A stretch of 64,000 nt of DNA from the human T2T-CHM13v2.0 reference genome, Homo sapiens. Shown piece after piece: positions 15,135 through 26,591 of the stretch. Each line of letters starts with the position of its first letter. The first letter of the stretch is position 1. The translations under genes and the position numbers were made by a program. The DNA is taken from NCBI RefSeq assembly GCF_009914755.1, contig NC_060931.1; one strand, given 5' to 3'. The notes under the pieces were generated by a model. That model made no database searches and was not told the origin of the DNA. It worked only from the letters and a program-made list of their open reading frames with translations.

Positions 15135-15391
15135 GAGAACCCAACATTCAGAATATATTTTATTCCCACGCCGATAATGAGGTCTACCATTGGACAGAAA
15201 CTTTGACAGTTCTCTTCCCTTTTCTAGTTTGCAATATTTTTCTTTAATAATCATTAAGATGATATCTCATTTCTAGATTCACATATAACTTTCCCAATGT
15301 TCTGCTAACAAGGTTTGTCTCCATCTTTTGCGGGAGCCTGATTCCTTGTTTATATGCCATTGCCTTGATACAAAAATATCTTGATACCAAC

Positions 15392-15796
15392 TGATATGGT
15401 TTGGATTTGTATCCCTGCCCAAATCTCATGTCGAACTGTAATCCCCAATGTTGGAGGTGGGGCCTGGTGGCAGGTGATTGGATCGTGGGCGGTTTCTCAT
15501 TATTGGTTTAGTGCCATCCCCTCATCGTTGCTCTTGTGATGTTGAGTGAGTTCTCACGAGATCTGATTGTTTAAAAGTGCGTGGCACCCCCACCCCAGTC
15601 CTGCTTCTGCCATTTAAGACACTGTTCCCACTTTGCCTTCTGCCATGAGTAAACGTTCCCTGAGGCCTCCCCAGAAGCAGATGCCGTTATGCTTCCTGTA
15701 CAGCCTGCAGAACTGTGAGCCAATTAAACCTCTTTTATTTATAAATTTCTCAGTTTCAGGTATTTCTTTATAGCAACGCGAGAACAGACTAATACA
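15392..15796 (+). mobile_element. MSTA MaLR solo LTR
   Basis: TGATATGGTTTGG...GACTAATACA termini; near-TSD ccaac/ccaag. Confidence 0.9.
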
Positions 15797-15937
15797 CCAA
15801 GGCAGTGGCATTTGGCATTCGGCATTACTTTTGGCTTTGGCAATACCAGTATCCCAAAGACATAGTCCCTATCTTTGAACCTTTGAGGAGCCCATGGTCC
15901 AGTGAAGGGAGACACAGAGACATATAAAAGGAAAATA

Positions 15938-16105
15938 GGTCCGGGCATGGTGGCCCATCCCTGTGATCCCAGCTATTACGGATGCTGAGGCATGAGAATT
16001 GGTTGGCCCTGGTGGGGCAGAGCTTGCAGTGAGCTGAGATCATGCCACTGCACTCTAGCCTGGGTGACAGAGCGAGACTCCATCTCAAACAAAACAAAAC
16101 GAAAA
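15938..16105 (+). mobile_element. Alu right monomer only (FRAM or truncated Alu)
   Basis: Single right-arm sequence plus A-rich tail. Confidence 0.85.
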
Positions 16106-16995
16106 TGAAAAAGAAGAAGAAAATTGCCAGAGTGCTCAGTACCATAGTAGAAGTGTGACCAAAGTGCAAAGTGCTATAGGGGCAGTTAGCCCTCCCAAAG
16201 GGAGAAGAAAGCCAATGCAGAGAAGCTGGCACCTGAACACAGTTTTGCAGGTTAACAGGTATTTTCCAGATGATGAAGGCCCTGACCTGCAGCCTGAATA
16301 CCATGGGCAGACTTAGAGATGTATTTTTAAAAAAAAAAAAAAGAAAAAAAAGGATATAAGAAAATGTCAACAGTGTGATGTGGGTAAAACGGAGGAGGCC
16401 CAGAACACAGTGGAGGATGAGATGTGGAGTCTGACTTCATAGTAAGTAGCCCAGAGAGGAGTACATGTTAAACCTGGGAGTGATGTCATGGACGCTGATA
16501 GGTGACACCTGTAGTCGATTTGTGAGACTTGGCTGTCAGTGATGTGCCGGCTGCCTCAGGAAGGAATCTGCCTGGTAGCTGAGATGAAGGAGGCTCCTTG
16601 CTGCAGGCTGTTTGAGGTTTTAGCCTAACTTCAAACTGGATGAGGGAGCCAGGGCGTCAGAATCTGCTTATCCTGGAACAGTAGGAATAAGGTTAAAGCA
16701 CTTAAACTAACCTAAAGTCGCACCCAAAACCTGGAAAGGAAGGATTTGTTTCTTCTTGTACCCAATACTACCTCCCATCTGCACATTATTTCCTCAATGA
16801 TTTTTGGAATAGTAGCATTTTTGGAGTACGTACAACGTGAAAAGTTACCACCTTAGCCTTAAGAAAGCAAAAAACACCATTCGTATAAAATCTAGCATCA
16901 CAACATAAATTAAAGAGGTGGTCATTCATTTTGTAAAATGGCTCATTATTTTATGATATTAATTGTAAGTTTCCGTTGAATAATAAACTCCCTTT

Positions 16996-17138
16996 AGCTA
17001 ATGCATCCTGGGCTTAATACCTAGATGATGGGTTGATCAGTGCAGCAAACCACCGTGGTATGTGTTTTCCTATGTAACAAACCTGCACACCCTGCACATG
17101 TACCCCAGAAATTAAAATAAAAGTTGAAGGAAAAAAAA
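16996..17138 (+). mobile_element. L1PA (about PA8-PA10) extreme 3' end with poly(A)
   Basis: ctatgtaacaaacctgcac...tgcacatgtacccc; degenerate TSD aataataaactccc/aatattaagctcc. Confidence 0.85.
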
Positions 17139-17934
17139 TATTAAGCTCCTTTTTTATGCTTAAGGCTTACCTTGATTTTCCAAAACTTAGAGATACCCTA
17201 TTTTAGAAGTATAACTGTTATATAAAATGCAGCTTACTCGTGAATGTGTGATTAATATCATGTATTTTTAATAAATCCAGTTCTTAATTAATTCAAGGAT
17301 GAAAGAGAAGAAAGACAGGAAATCAATATTTTCTCCTTTCACCCTTGGGAACCACACATATAACAATTTTTATGGAACTCAGCCCTCATTTAAATGCCTG
17401 AGTCAGTGATAAATATTATTAATATCTTCATTTTTTCCTTTCACCAAATACTGTTCAAAAATTAGAGTGAATTCAATGAATGATCTGGGAACAAATTTGC
17501 ATTTCAATAAGAGTCCTATAAAAGAAAACCAATGTATGAGCTCATCTTAGTATGTGTACATAGTAGGTTTCATATTAGATGTGGTTAAAGTGTGTTTCCA
17601 TTTTAGAATTCACATAGATAAACCCACATTAATCCTTTCAGCACTTCAGCAGATAATTAACTTTAATACCCAGTTAGGGCTGAGCCAGTTCAGTTTCTGG
17701 AGCCGATGTCTGGGCTGGTGTTTCTCAGGTGTCAGAAATCGTTCATGTCGCCTGTGTGAGAGCAATGGTTTCCCTTTCACTTTGTATGTCATATTCAATT
17801 CCAAGTACAGTAGCATTTGCATGGACCCAGCCTGCTGAAATTAAATGAATCTACATGAAAATGAGCCTTTTCAGCAAAGGCCACAACTTCTGACTCTATG
17901 GGAGAGAGAATGCTTTCATCATCCTAGATGCTCC

Positions 17935-18230
17935 AGAGCAGGGTTCTTCAAACTTTAGCGAGCATAAAACTCCCCTGTAGATAAGATGCTCTCAGAGATT
18001 GTGCTTCAGTAGGTCTGTGTGGAGATGGTGCCTTTCTTACAGCCTTCCACATTGGAGAGCTGCTCAGTGTGGCCCCAGATCCACAGTGTCGGCCTTACGC
18101 AGAAGCTTGTTAGAAATGCAGAATCCCAGGCCCCAACTCCGACCTACTGAATCAGCTGAATCAGAATCTGCATTTTAACAAGATCTCCAGTGACTCACCC
18201 TCCACTGGAGTTTGGTAAATACCACCCTAG
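17935..18230. mobile_element. MER5-family hAT-Charlie elements
   Basis: ttgttagaaatgcagaatcccaggcccc...acctactgaatcag...ctgcattttaacaagatc. Confidence 0.8.
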
Positions 18231-18614
18231 ATCACTGTTCCCCAAAGCCTGGTTTAGGTATTGCTAGGGAAACTGGAGATGAGTTCAGAGAGTATATAAA
18301 CATTTTAAAATAATGGCTGTGTTTATTCTTATTATTACTTTCCTTCTTTTTATTACCTTCCAAGTGTTTATTCTTCCTGAGATCCTGTGTTTATTCTTAT
18401 TATTACCTTCCATTTATTCTTAGTATTACTTTCCATTATTATAAACCAAGTGGTATTGGTTTTCCATTTATGATAATAAAGTTTATTTTCCAAAATAAAC
18501 TTACTTGACTGAAAGCATGACTTGATTTATAGTAAATGTTAAATAAATGTGAGTTTAGGAGGTATGCGGCTGTCACAAAAACCACGAAAGTCATTTGTAT
18601 ACAAGTGGCCTTAC

Positions 18615-18880
18615 TTAGTATGGTGCTTAAGAGCCTGGCCTCTGGAGCCTGACACTCTGGGTTTGAGTACCAACTCCTCCACTAATGACACTGTGTGACC
18701 TTGGGCAAGTTTCTTGACCTCTCCATCCTTCAATTGCCTCATCTGGAGAATGGAGATAATAATGGTATCTATCTCATTGGGGTGTCATGGTGCTTAAAAA
18801 AGGGCTAATATATGAAACACTCTAAGAACAGTGTCTGACACATAGTAAGGGCTGTGTCAGGGCTAATTTGCTTCACTGTT
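18615..18880 (+). mobile_element. MIR, near full length
   Basis: ctgtgtgaccttgggcaagtt...aacagtgtctgacacatagtaag. Confidence 0.88.
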
Positions 18881-19571
18881 ATCTAGAGCACAAATACATG
18901 CTCAGTGATTTTTTTATCAGATTTCCCCCAATCCTGTTCCTGGCTTCTCTGCTTACTCAGGCCAACATGCCCCACCTCCCCACAAAAGCTAAATATTTAC
19001 AGATTTTTTATATCATTGAGAAGAGTGAGAGCAGCAACTTCCATTTGGCCAAAAAGAGGACAGTCTCATAGGTTGGAAGTCCAAGGAGAGAGATGTGAAC
19101 AGAGAATTTGCTCATTAAATGACAAGAAAGTGACAACAGAAAGTGACCATCATAAAACATTCTCATCATCACCTGGAGAGAAGTTTAAAAATAAAATTCT
19201 TTTATTATTTTACTTATAGCTTTAGAAACTTTACTACATTTACGTTGAGAACCCTTTATTTGTTCCTTGTTTGCACGTGGGCTTGTGGGCTGCTATCTCC
19301 TGGCCGCAAGGTACCTTTAATAGATGAATGATGGACGCTTAGAGGTGGCAGGACCCTACTGAGATCATAATGTGAGATATATATTGCGTCATGGGGTTTA
19401 TTAGCCTTCATTGGTTCAGAAGTGAGAAATCATTATTCTCCTCCCTCTGCCCCATTTTATAGCCAAAGAAACAAGGGATGTGTTTCTTTGAAAGAGGAAC
19501 AGTGTCAAAACATACAAAGTTAGGATTGCACAGAGTACCTTATTTGCAGATTCCTAGTCAAGTGTGTTATT

Positions 19572-19876
19572 TTACTATTATTATTGTTTTGAGGTGGTGT
19601 CTCACTCTGTCGCCCAGGCTGGAGTGTAGTGGTACAATCGCAGCTTACTGCAGCCTTGACTTCCCCAGGCTCAGGTGATCTTCCCACCTCAGCCTCCTGA
19701 GTAGCCGGAACTACAGGTGTGCACCACCACACTTGGCTAATTTTCTTTGTATTTTTTGTAGAGATGGGATTTTGCCATGTTGCCCAGGCTGATCTTGAAC
19801 TCCTGGGCTCAAGCTATCTACCCATGTCGGCCTCCCAAAGTGCTGGGATTACAGGTATGAGCCACTGCACCCAGCC
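19572..19876 (-). mobile_element. AluJ-type
   Basis: Alu dimer. Confidence 0.93.
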
Positions 19877-20986
19877 CACATGCTTTTGTCAGATGGTGGC
19901 AGTAATCTTTCTTGCTTATATTTAAAAACATAAGCACACTTTCTGTGTGTGAACAGCTGTACTCTCACAGACTACTCTTGGAGAAAAAAAAGAGTTTGAC
20001 GAGAGCAACTAGTGTGTAAAATTACTTACATGAGTTCTTTCTTTCTGAAATAACTCACAAAGTGTGGTTGGAACACAGACATATATAATTTTTTATTAAA
20101 AGAGAGGCAAGCCCAGTCCACATCACTTCTGAATGAGTACAGACAGGCTGAACATGTAGGGAAAGAAAGGGATCAAGTAGGGCGCCCGTACCCTCACCCT
20201 GGAATAGCTCCCGCTAAAGAGGTTGCAGTGCAGGTCCTGTGCGACCTGCAGACGTGTTCTGTGCTCTGTGGCCCACTGGCTTTTAAAAATGCTTTTTAAA
20301 TTACATACCCAGATTTCAAAATTGAACTTCGCGCAAAAATCTAGATAGATATGGGGCTTTTGGAAGAGGGAAGTAGGGGGTTCTGGCCAATACTGGGCTC
20401 GTATTCCCATGGAATATCACCCAACCCATGCTGAGAGGGGCTCCCACTGCAGACCCAGGTCCATGTCCTGTAGCCATGTCCCGCCTGCGCTCTTTCACCT
20501 GTTATTTAGCCCACCTCTGAGTGGGTGGTCACAGCCTGCTCCCTGCTGGCAAGGGATGCTGGGGAAGGAGTTCCTACTTCTGGCTGGAGGAGGTGGGACT
20601 CACAATGTGGGAAATTCCTCCAGCATAGGGTAAGTGTTCAAAAGACGGTGGGCAACCACAAGACAGATGAGCACCCCTGCCCAAGGAGGAAGATGCTTGC
20701 AGGGTAGCTGAGTGTCATTGAAGAGCCTCCGTCATGGCAGCCTTTTCCTCTTCTCCCCCACACATGCAGAGCCTCCCAGGCTGCTTGTGTTCTCCCACTT
20801 CCAAATCTCTGATTATTTGCTGCTCCTGCTTACTAGAACAGACTCCTTTAGTCACCTCTCTGCCTGGTGAAAAATAAGATCACTTCCACCAAGTGTTTCT
20901 TTATTGCACCTCCTCCTCAAGTTTGAATGGATGATGCTATCCCTTAGCACTCTCTACCTCTCCTGGGGCATTTATCTGACTCCTGC

Positions 20987-21295
20987 TTTTTTTTTTTTTT
21001 TTTTTTTGAGACAGAGTCTTGCTCTGTTGCCCAGGCTGGGGTGCAGTGGCGCAATCTAGGCTCACTGCAACCTCCGCCTCCCAGGTTCAAGCCACTCTCC
21101 CACCTCAGCCAGCCTCCCAAGTAGCTGGGATTACAGGAGCCTGCCACCACACCTGGCTAATTTTTTTGTATTTTTAGTAGAGACGGGGTTTCACCATGTT
21201 GGCCAGGCTGGTTTGGAACTCCTGACCTCAAGTGATCCACCTGCCTCGGCCTCCCAAAGTGCTAGGATTACAGGCGTGAGCCACCGTGCCTGAAT
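20987..21295 (-). mobile_element. AluS-type, TSD TGACTCCTGC(TTT)
   Basis: T22 tail; TSD copies at 20977 and 21296. Confidence 0.95.
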
Positions 21296-21419
21296 TGACT
21301 CCTGCTTTTAACATAGTTATTTGTAGTGGTGATGATAAGTGTCACTTCCACGTATGTGTCAGGACGTGTACTGTGTCTTCATATACAGTGTTTGTTTTAA
21401 TAGTGAAAACAAACAGAAT

Positions 21420-21550
21420 TAAGCATTATCACTCCTAATTTACAAATGAAGAAAAGGAGGCCCAGTAAGGTAAAGTGACCTGACCAAGGCCACACAGCCA
21501 GGAAAAGGGAAAGGTGGAAGCGGAACCTGGGGCCGCCTGGTTCTGAGAGC
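21420..21550 (-). mobile_element. MIR fragment
   Basis: tttacaaatgaagaaa...aaggtaaagtgacctgaccaaggccacacagc. Confidence 0.75.
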
Positions 21551-22213
21551 AGGTGCTGTATTCGGGCCTCCCGTGGAAGTGAGTGTTAGTTCTGTTTCCC
21601 TCACCACCCTCTAATGGTGCTTGGATGTGTATTTCGATGCTGTTTTGCGATAGTTCATGAATTGGGAGAAAGTATAAAAGCCTTTGAGAATCTGTCCTTT
21701 TACATCCTAAACATTTTAAATACACTTCAGAGCAAAACAACATTTTTAAATGGGTTGAGAGAACACAAAGCCTCGAAGAGCTCTTGCGTGCAGCCCCTGT
21801 CTTCCTGGAGCTCAGCATTCTCAACTGTCAGATTTTAACAAATACTTCTTTAGATAATTGCTTAATTATTGTATCTGGAAAAAAAAAAAGCCTTTCACAG
21901 CCATCAAACACTACATATAAAACTATCCTCTAATCCTGGATTTTGAAAAATCCTTGCCTGTGACTTCAGCGAGGCAGCATCTCGGTGGCACCTAAGCATT
22001 CCCAGGTTCCTAAAGATAAAACTAGACGGAAACCAAGGCCACTCAGGTGAGGGAGGGGCAAGCAGAAGAATTACAGCCACCTTTATGGGGTTTCTTTCAC
22101 TTAAGGGTCTCAAAAATATTTTTAAATCTTTGCAAAATGGAAGCAGGGATATAACTTGACCTGAATCATATCAAGCTAATAAAGTAATGTGGTACAGTAG
22201 AAATGAGGTTTTA

Positions 22214-22432
<219 letters not shown>

Positions 22433-22644
22433 TTAGATAAGAAAAACCAGGGCTTTAAACTCAGCTCTGATGATCTTTCTGAAATTTAGTAGAAATTGCA
22501 TACTTCTCTGAGGCAAAGTTGGGTTATTTGCTACATGGAAATATCAGCGTCTACCACGTGGTTGTTGAGAGGATTACATAAAATGTCTTAGAAGTCCCCA
22601 GTGCAGTGCTGAGCACCTACCGGGTGGGAGAGTCAAAAAGGTAT

Positions 22645-23337
22645 AGAGCCAATCCTTATTACTTGCAGATTCTACATTTGCAAATTCACCTACGTGTACT
22701 CACGAAAGTGTATTTGTAACTCCAAAATCAGTACTCACGGTGCTTTTGTGGTCATTCCCAGGCATGTGAAAAGTGGTGAAAAACTGTAGACACTGACGAG
22801 CATGTTCCCAGCTGAGCTGAAATAACAGGACACTCTGCCTTCTTGTTTCAGCTCTCATCCTATAAACAAGTGCTCCTCTCTCAGTCTGTGTAATGCCACA
22901 TTTTTTCCAAATTTTGTACTTATTGTTGGTGGTTTTGCAGTTTAAAATGGCCCCAAGCAAAGTGCTGAAGCGCTGCCTAGTATTCTTAAGCCCAAGAAGG
23001 CCGTGATGTGCCTTATGGAGAAAATATAAGTGTTTGATAAGATTTGTTCAGACATGACTCCTAGTGCCGTTGGCCATGGGTTGTCTTGTTCTATCTGGGC
23101 CCTCAACGGATTAGATGGCGCCCACCCACAATGGTGAGGAAGACCTTTACTCAGTCTGCAGATTCAAATGCTAACCTGTTTTGGAAACACCTTTACAGAT
23201 GCACCCAGAAATGATGTTCTACCAGCCAGATGGGCAACCCTTAGCCCAATTAAGTTGACACATAAAAGTAATCATCACGCTCTGTGTTCATGACAACTTT
23301 CTAAACATAACTATAGTGAATAATGAGAATCAACTGT
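22645..23337 (+). mobile_element. MER82 (TcMar-Tigger), interrupted
   Basis: ttcccagctgag...ctctgccttcttgtttcagctctcat...gtttaaaatggcccc; 3' end gagaatcaactg. Confidence 0.8.
23085..23259 (-). mobile_element. MLT2 (ERVL) LTR fragment nested in MER82
   Basis: cacccagaaatgatgtt...aagttgacacataaaagtaatcatcac. Confidence 0.85.
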
Positions 23338-23354
23338 ATTTTATTTAGTTCCTA

Positions 23355-23735
23355 TATTGGATAGGTTCAATATTAGTGGATAAAACAAATTAACTCAAAA
23401 ATCTTCATGGCTTAACACAATGGGAGTTTATTTTTCACATATGTAAAGTCTAATCAGGTGTTTGGCAGGTAGTCTTACAGGTGAGTCAGGGACCCGGACT
23501 CCTTTCATCTTGTGGCTCTGCCAACACATAGGACCTTTGCTACAGTCAATGGGCGGGGAAAGAGAAAAGTCGTGGGCAGAAGGTCTTTCTGAACCAGCCC
23601 AGAAGTAATAGCACATCACTTCGACCTTCATTGCATTGACCAGAACTCAGTCTCGTGGTCACACCTAGCTGCAAGGGAGGCTGGGAGATGCAGTCTAGCC
23701 ATGTGCTGAGGGATTACAGGAATAGCTCTGCTGCA
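23355..23735 (-). mobile_element. MLT1 (MLT1J-like) LTR
   Basis: ggcttaacacaa...cacatcacttc...ccagaactcagtc...gctgcaagggaggctgggagatgcagtct. Confidence 0.75.
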
Positions 23736-24564
23736 GTTCTCCTTAAAGTCTCTTTATACAGTTATTTTTTCTTAGGTAAATGACAAAACCCTTAGGTAAG
23801 TGGTATTTCCGTTTGTAAAGGTTATTCTTCCCCACCTTTTCCAGTTTTTCACCAGGGGAAGCATTTCTGTCTCCTGTCATGTGTCTTAGTTAAAAGATGA
23901 GATCCTTATATAATGAGACCTCTAGATATTCTCGTTCTGTTAATACTTCAACCAACTCTTTAATCTTTGCTATAAATTTTTGACTAAAAATATTTTTGCC
24001 ACTGAATAAAAGATCATAAAAAATAGACCCAGTGCCTCCTGTAAAAGAAAGTGTTAAAATACAAATATCTGATAATTTGTGCTTGTTCCAACTAAATTGT
24101 GGGCCTGCATCCAAGTTGCCTTAGCACCAGCCTGTAAAATGCTAACTGTGTCTAACCCTATGTCATTGTGTGTATTAGTTTAGTGCACCATTAGTTTAGT
24201 TTTGGTAATAAAATAACACTGATGTTACCTGAAAGAAACACGTACTACCCCATGAGATCTCTGCTCAATTTTACTATGGTTTTATGCTGTGGACTCTGAT
24301 GAGTATTTTCCTTTTCGGTCTTTCTGTTCTTGTTTTAATATCAAGGAATGAGGCAGTAACACAGTGATGATCAGGCTCCTTCTTTCAAGGAGCCTGAAAT
24401 ACTTTGTAAGAAAAGTGTAGTTGTGTACAACAATCAGCTTATGCACCTCCTTGGAACTCTTAGGAAAACTATCATGGACTCTTTCCCCCAAAAAATTGCA
24501 CTGACACACATATTTTACGCCATTTTCAATTTTTGTACAAATTTAGATTAATCCTTCTGGGAAA

Positions 24565-25100
24565 AAAGATGGTACCATATGATCCAGCAATTCCACTCTT
24601 GCATATACGCTGAAAAGAATGAAAAGCAAGGTCTTGAAGAGATATTTGTACACCAATGTTCATAGCAGCATTTCTCACAACACCCCAAAGGTGAAAGCAA
24701 CCCAGGCACTCATCAATAGATGAATGGCTCAACTAAATGTGGTGTATACGTACAATGGAATAATTCAGAATGAATTTCTGATCCATGCTACAACATGAAT
24801 GAAGGTTGAAAACATTATGCTAAATGAAATAAGCCAGACTCAAATGGACAAATGTTGTATGGTTCCACATATATGAGGTACCTAGACTAGACAAATTCAT
24901 AGAGACAGAAAGTAGAACAGAGGTTACTGGGGGCTGAGGGGAGGAGACAGTGGGGAGTTATTGTTTAATGGGTACAGAGTTTCTGTTTGGGATGATGAAC
25001 AAGTTTTGGAAACGGATAGTGATGCTGGTTGCACAGCATTGTGAATGCACTTAACGCCACTGAATTGTATACTTAAAAGGAGTTAAAATGATAAATCTGA
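24565..25100 (+). mobile_element. L1MB-type 3' end
   Basis: ccatatgatccagcaattccact...gaaagtagaa...gccactgaattgtatacttaaaa. Confidence 0.88.
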
Positions 25101-25104
25101 TATT

Positions 25105-25290
25105 CTTGGACTTTAGAACCTGTTAAGCCTTGGTTCCAATCCCAGGTCTGCTGGTTATAGTATAGGTGACTTTGAGCAAAAGAGTTAATGTCTCTGAACA
25201 TCCTTTTCTTTATCTATAAAAATGGGGATGCTAGGGCGTTGAAGCCCTGACCTTAGAAGATTCTTGTAGAAATAAGTGTGATTAGTGTGT
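25105..25290 (+). mobile_element. MIR fragment
   Basis: tgactttgagcaa...tatctataaaatggggat. Confidence 0.7.
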
Positions 25291-26254
25291 CACATAATTG
25301 CCATTTATAAAAAGATAAAAAGAACTAACATATTAGGTGAGCAAAATTCAGTGGACTATGCTAACAAGAAAGCATCACATTGCATAAATGCTTTTGGCCT
25401 CTGTGGAGACAAGAATATTAACATGAAAAAACATAAATGCCACAGGATTTTAAAGATGAAAAAACATAGGGACAGGCCTTGTTCTGGTCCTCCAGTAACC
25501 AAAGGGACAGCAGGAATACAAAATCACCCCTGCCCAAGTGTAAGGTTTATTTCAGTTTCTGCTTTGATTGTTTTTAGGTTCTTATATAGGTTTTTCCAAT
25601 TCTTATAAACTATGGGGTTTTTCTTTAATACAGATTTTAAGTCCTTGCAGTGTGCCTTGCTATGGGTTCTAAGACACATGCCCACATACACACATATGCA
25701 TGCACACATACAGGCTCCACACATTTATCCAGAGATCAGACCTCCTATAATATTAACTATTTGAAACAGAATCATATTGGCAGAATCATGCCAAAAAGCC
25801 CCCTGCATAGCAAATACCAGATAGAAAGTCTAGGCAGAGGAGAGGAGTGGCCCATCCTCATCCAGATGGCTGGGTAGAAATGATGACACAGGAATAGCAG
25901 GGAAAGTAAGAGCTGACAGGAGAGAAAGAGGCAGGAAAATGACTAGCGCCCTAAGCCTTGCTCGAGGCTGGCATCATGAGTTCATGTTGAGCCTGTGACA
26001 TTCAGAAAAGGTTACATTTCATTCTGTTTGCTCTGCTTAGGAAAATGGGAGTCTATGCAGAATGATTGAAAATGATAAAACTAAAAATTTAATGCTAAAG
26101 AGGTAGAAGTCAGTTATCTGGAAAAATTATTATGGAATGAAGGATTGCTATATATATATACATATATATGTATATTCTATTTGTACTGAGACACAAATAG
26201 CTAAATTCTATCAGTTTTAACACCTATTATCTCTAGAATCTGGCTGCTTTTGTC

Positions 26255-26340
26255 AATCTCCAGCACTTAGCACAAAGCTTGCCTCAGAGTGGGCACTCTG
26301 TGAATAAATGAATGAACAAATGAGTGAATGAATGAACAGG
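26255..26340 (+). mobile_element. L2 3' end with (TGAA)n, about 100 bp upstream of the exon acceptor
   Basis: ccagcacttagcaca...gaataaatgaatgaa. Confidence 0.7.
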
Positions 26341-26444
26341 TGAAAGAATCAAGCTGACTATAATATGCATGTCTGCAAGATACACATTTCCTGCATGTAA
26401 GTAAAGAAATCCAAGTTTAAATCCATTCTTTTTCTCTTTTTCAG

Positions 26445-26501
26445 AGCAGAAGCCACTCTCTTGGGACCATTCATAAGCAGGAGACATCAACACCGTGACA
26501 C
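26445..26501 (+). other. WIPF3: 5'UTR portion (57 nt) of the start-codon exon
   Basis: Strong polypyrimidine tract and acceptor ttctttttctctttttcag|AGCAG at 26444/26445. Confidence 0.85.
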
Positions 26502-26591
26502 ATGCCAGTGCCACCGCCACCCCCACCTCCTCTGCCTCCACCTCCCCCGCCTCTGGGGGCTCCTCCCCCTCCCCCACCATCAGCACCCCCG
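26502..26591 (+). CDS. WIPF3: First coding segment (codons 1-30) of WAS/WASL-interacting protein family member 3 (CR16): MPVPPPPPPPLPPPPPPLGAPPPPPPSAPP, phase-0 donor
   Basis: ATG at 26502 with in-frame TGA 6 nt upstream; 90 nt of polyproline codons ending CCG|gtaaga (canonical donor); peptide matches recalled human WIPF3 N-terminus; too short for the ORF track. Confidence 0.93.

Noticed and set aside
15825-16370. Longest ORF (181 aa) and other [15 protein letters not shown]-type ORFs (e.g. 38096, 57623, 60717)
   Set aside because: Translations of Alu and low-complexity sequence
20229-20250. TGCAGGTC/GACCTGCA 8-bp hairpin (similar short ones at 421-437 and near 34711)
   Set aside because: Several 7-8 bp stems are expected by chance in 64 kb; spacing does not fit an ERE
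26443-26452. Tandem alternative acceptor AGs (cag|AG CAG AAG)
   Set aside because: Would shift only a few 5'UTR bases; no evidence of use from sequence alone
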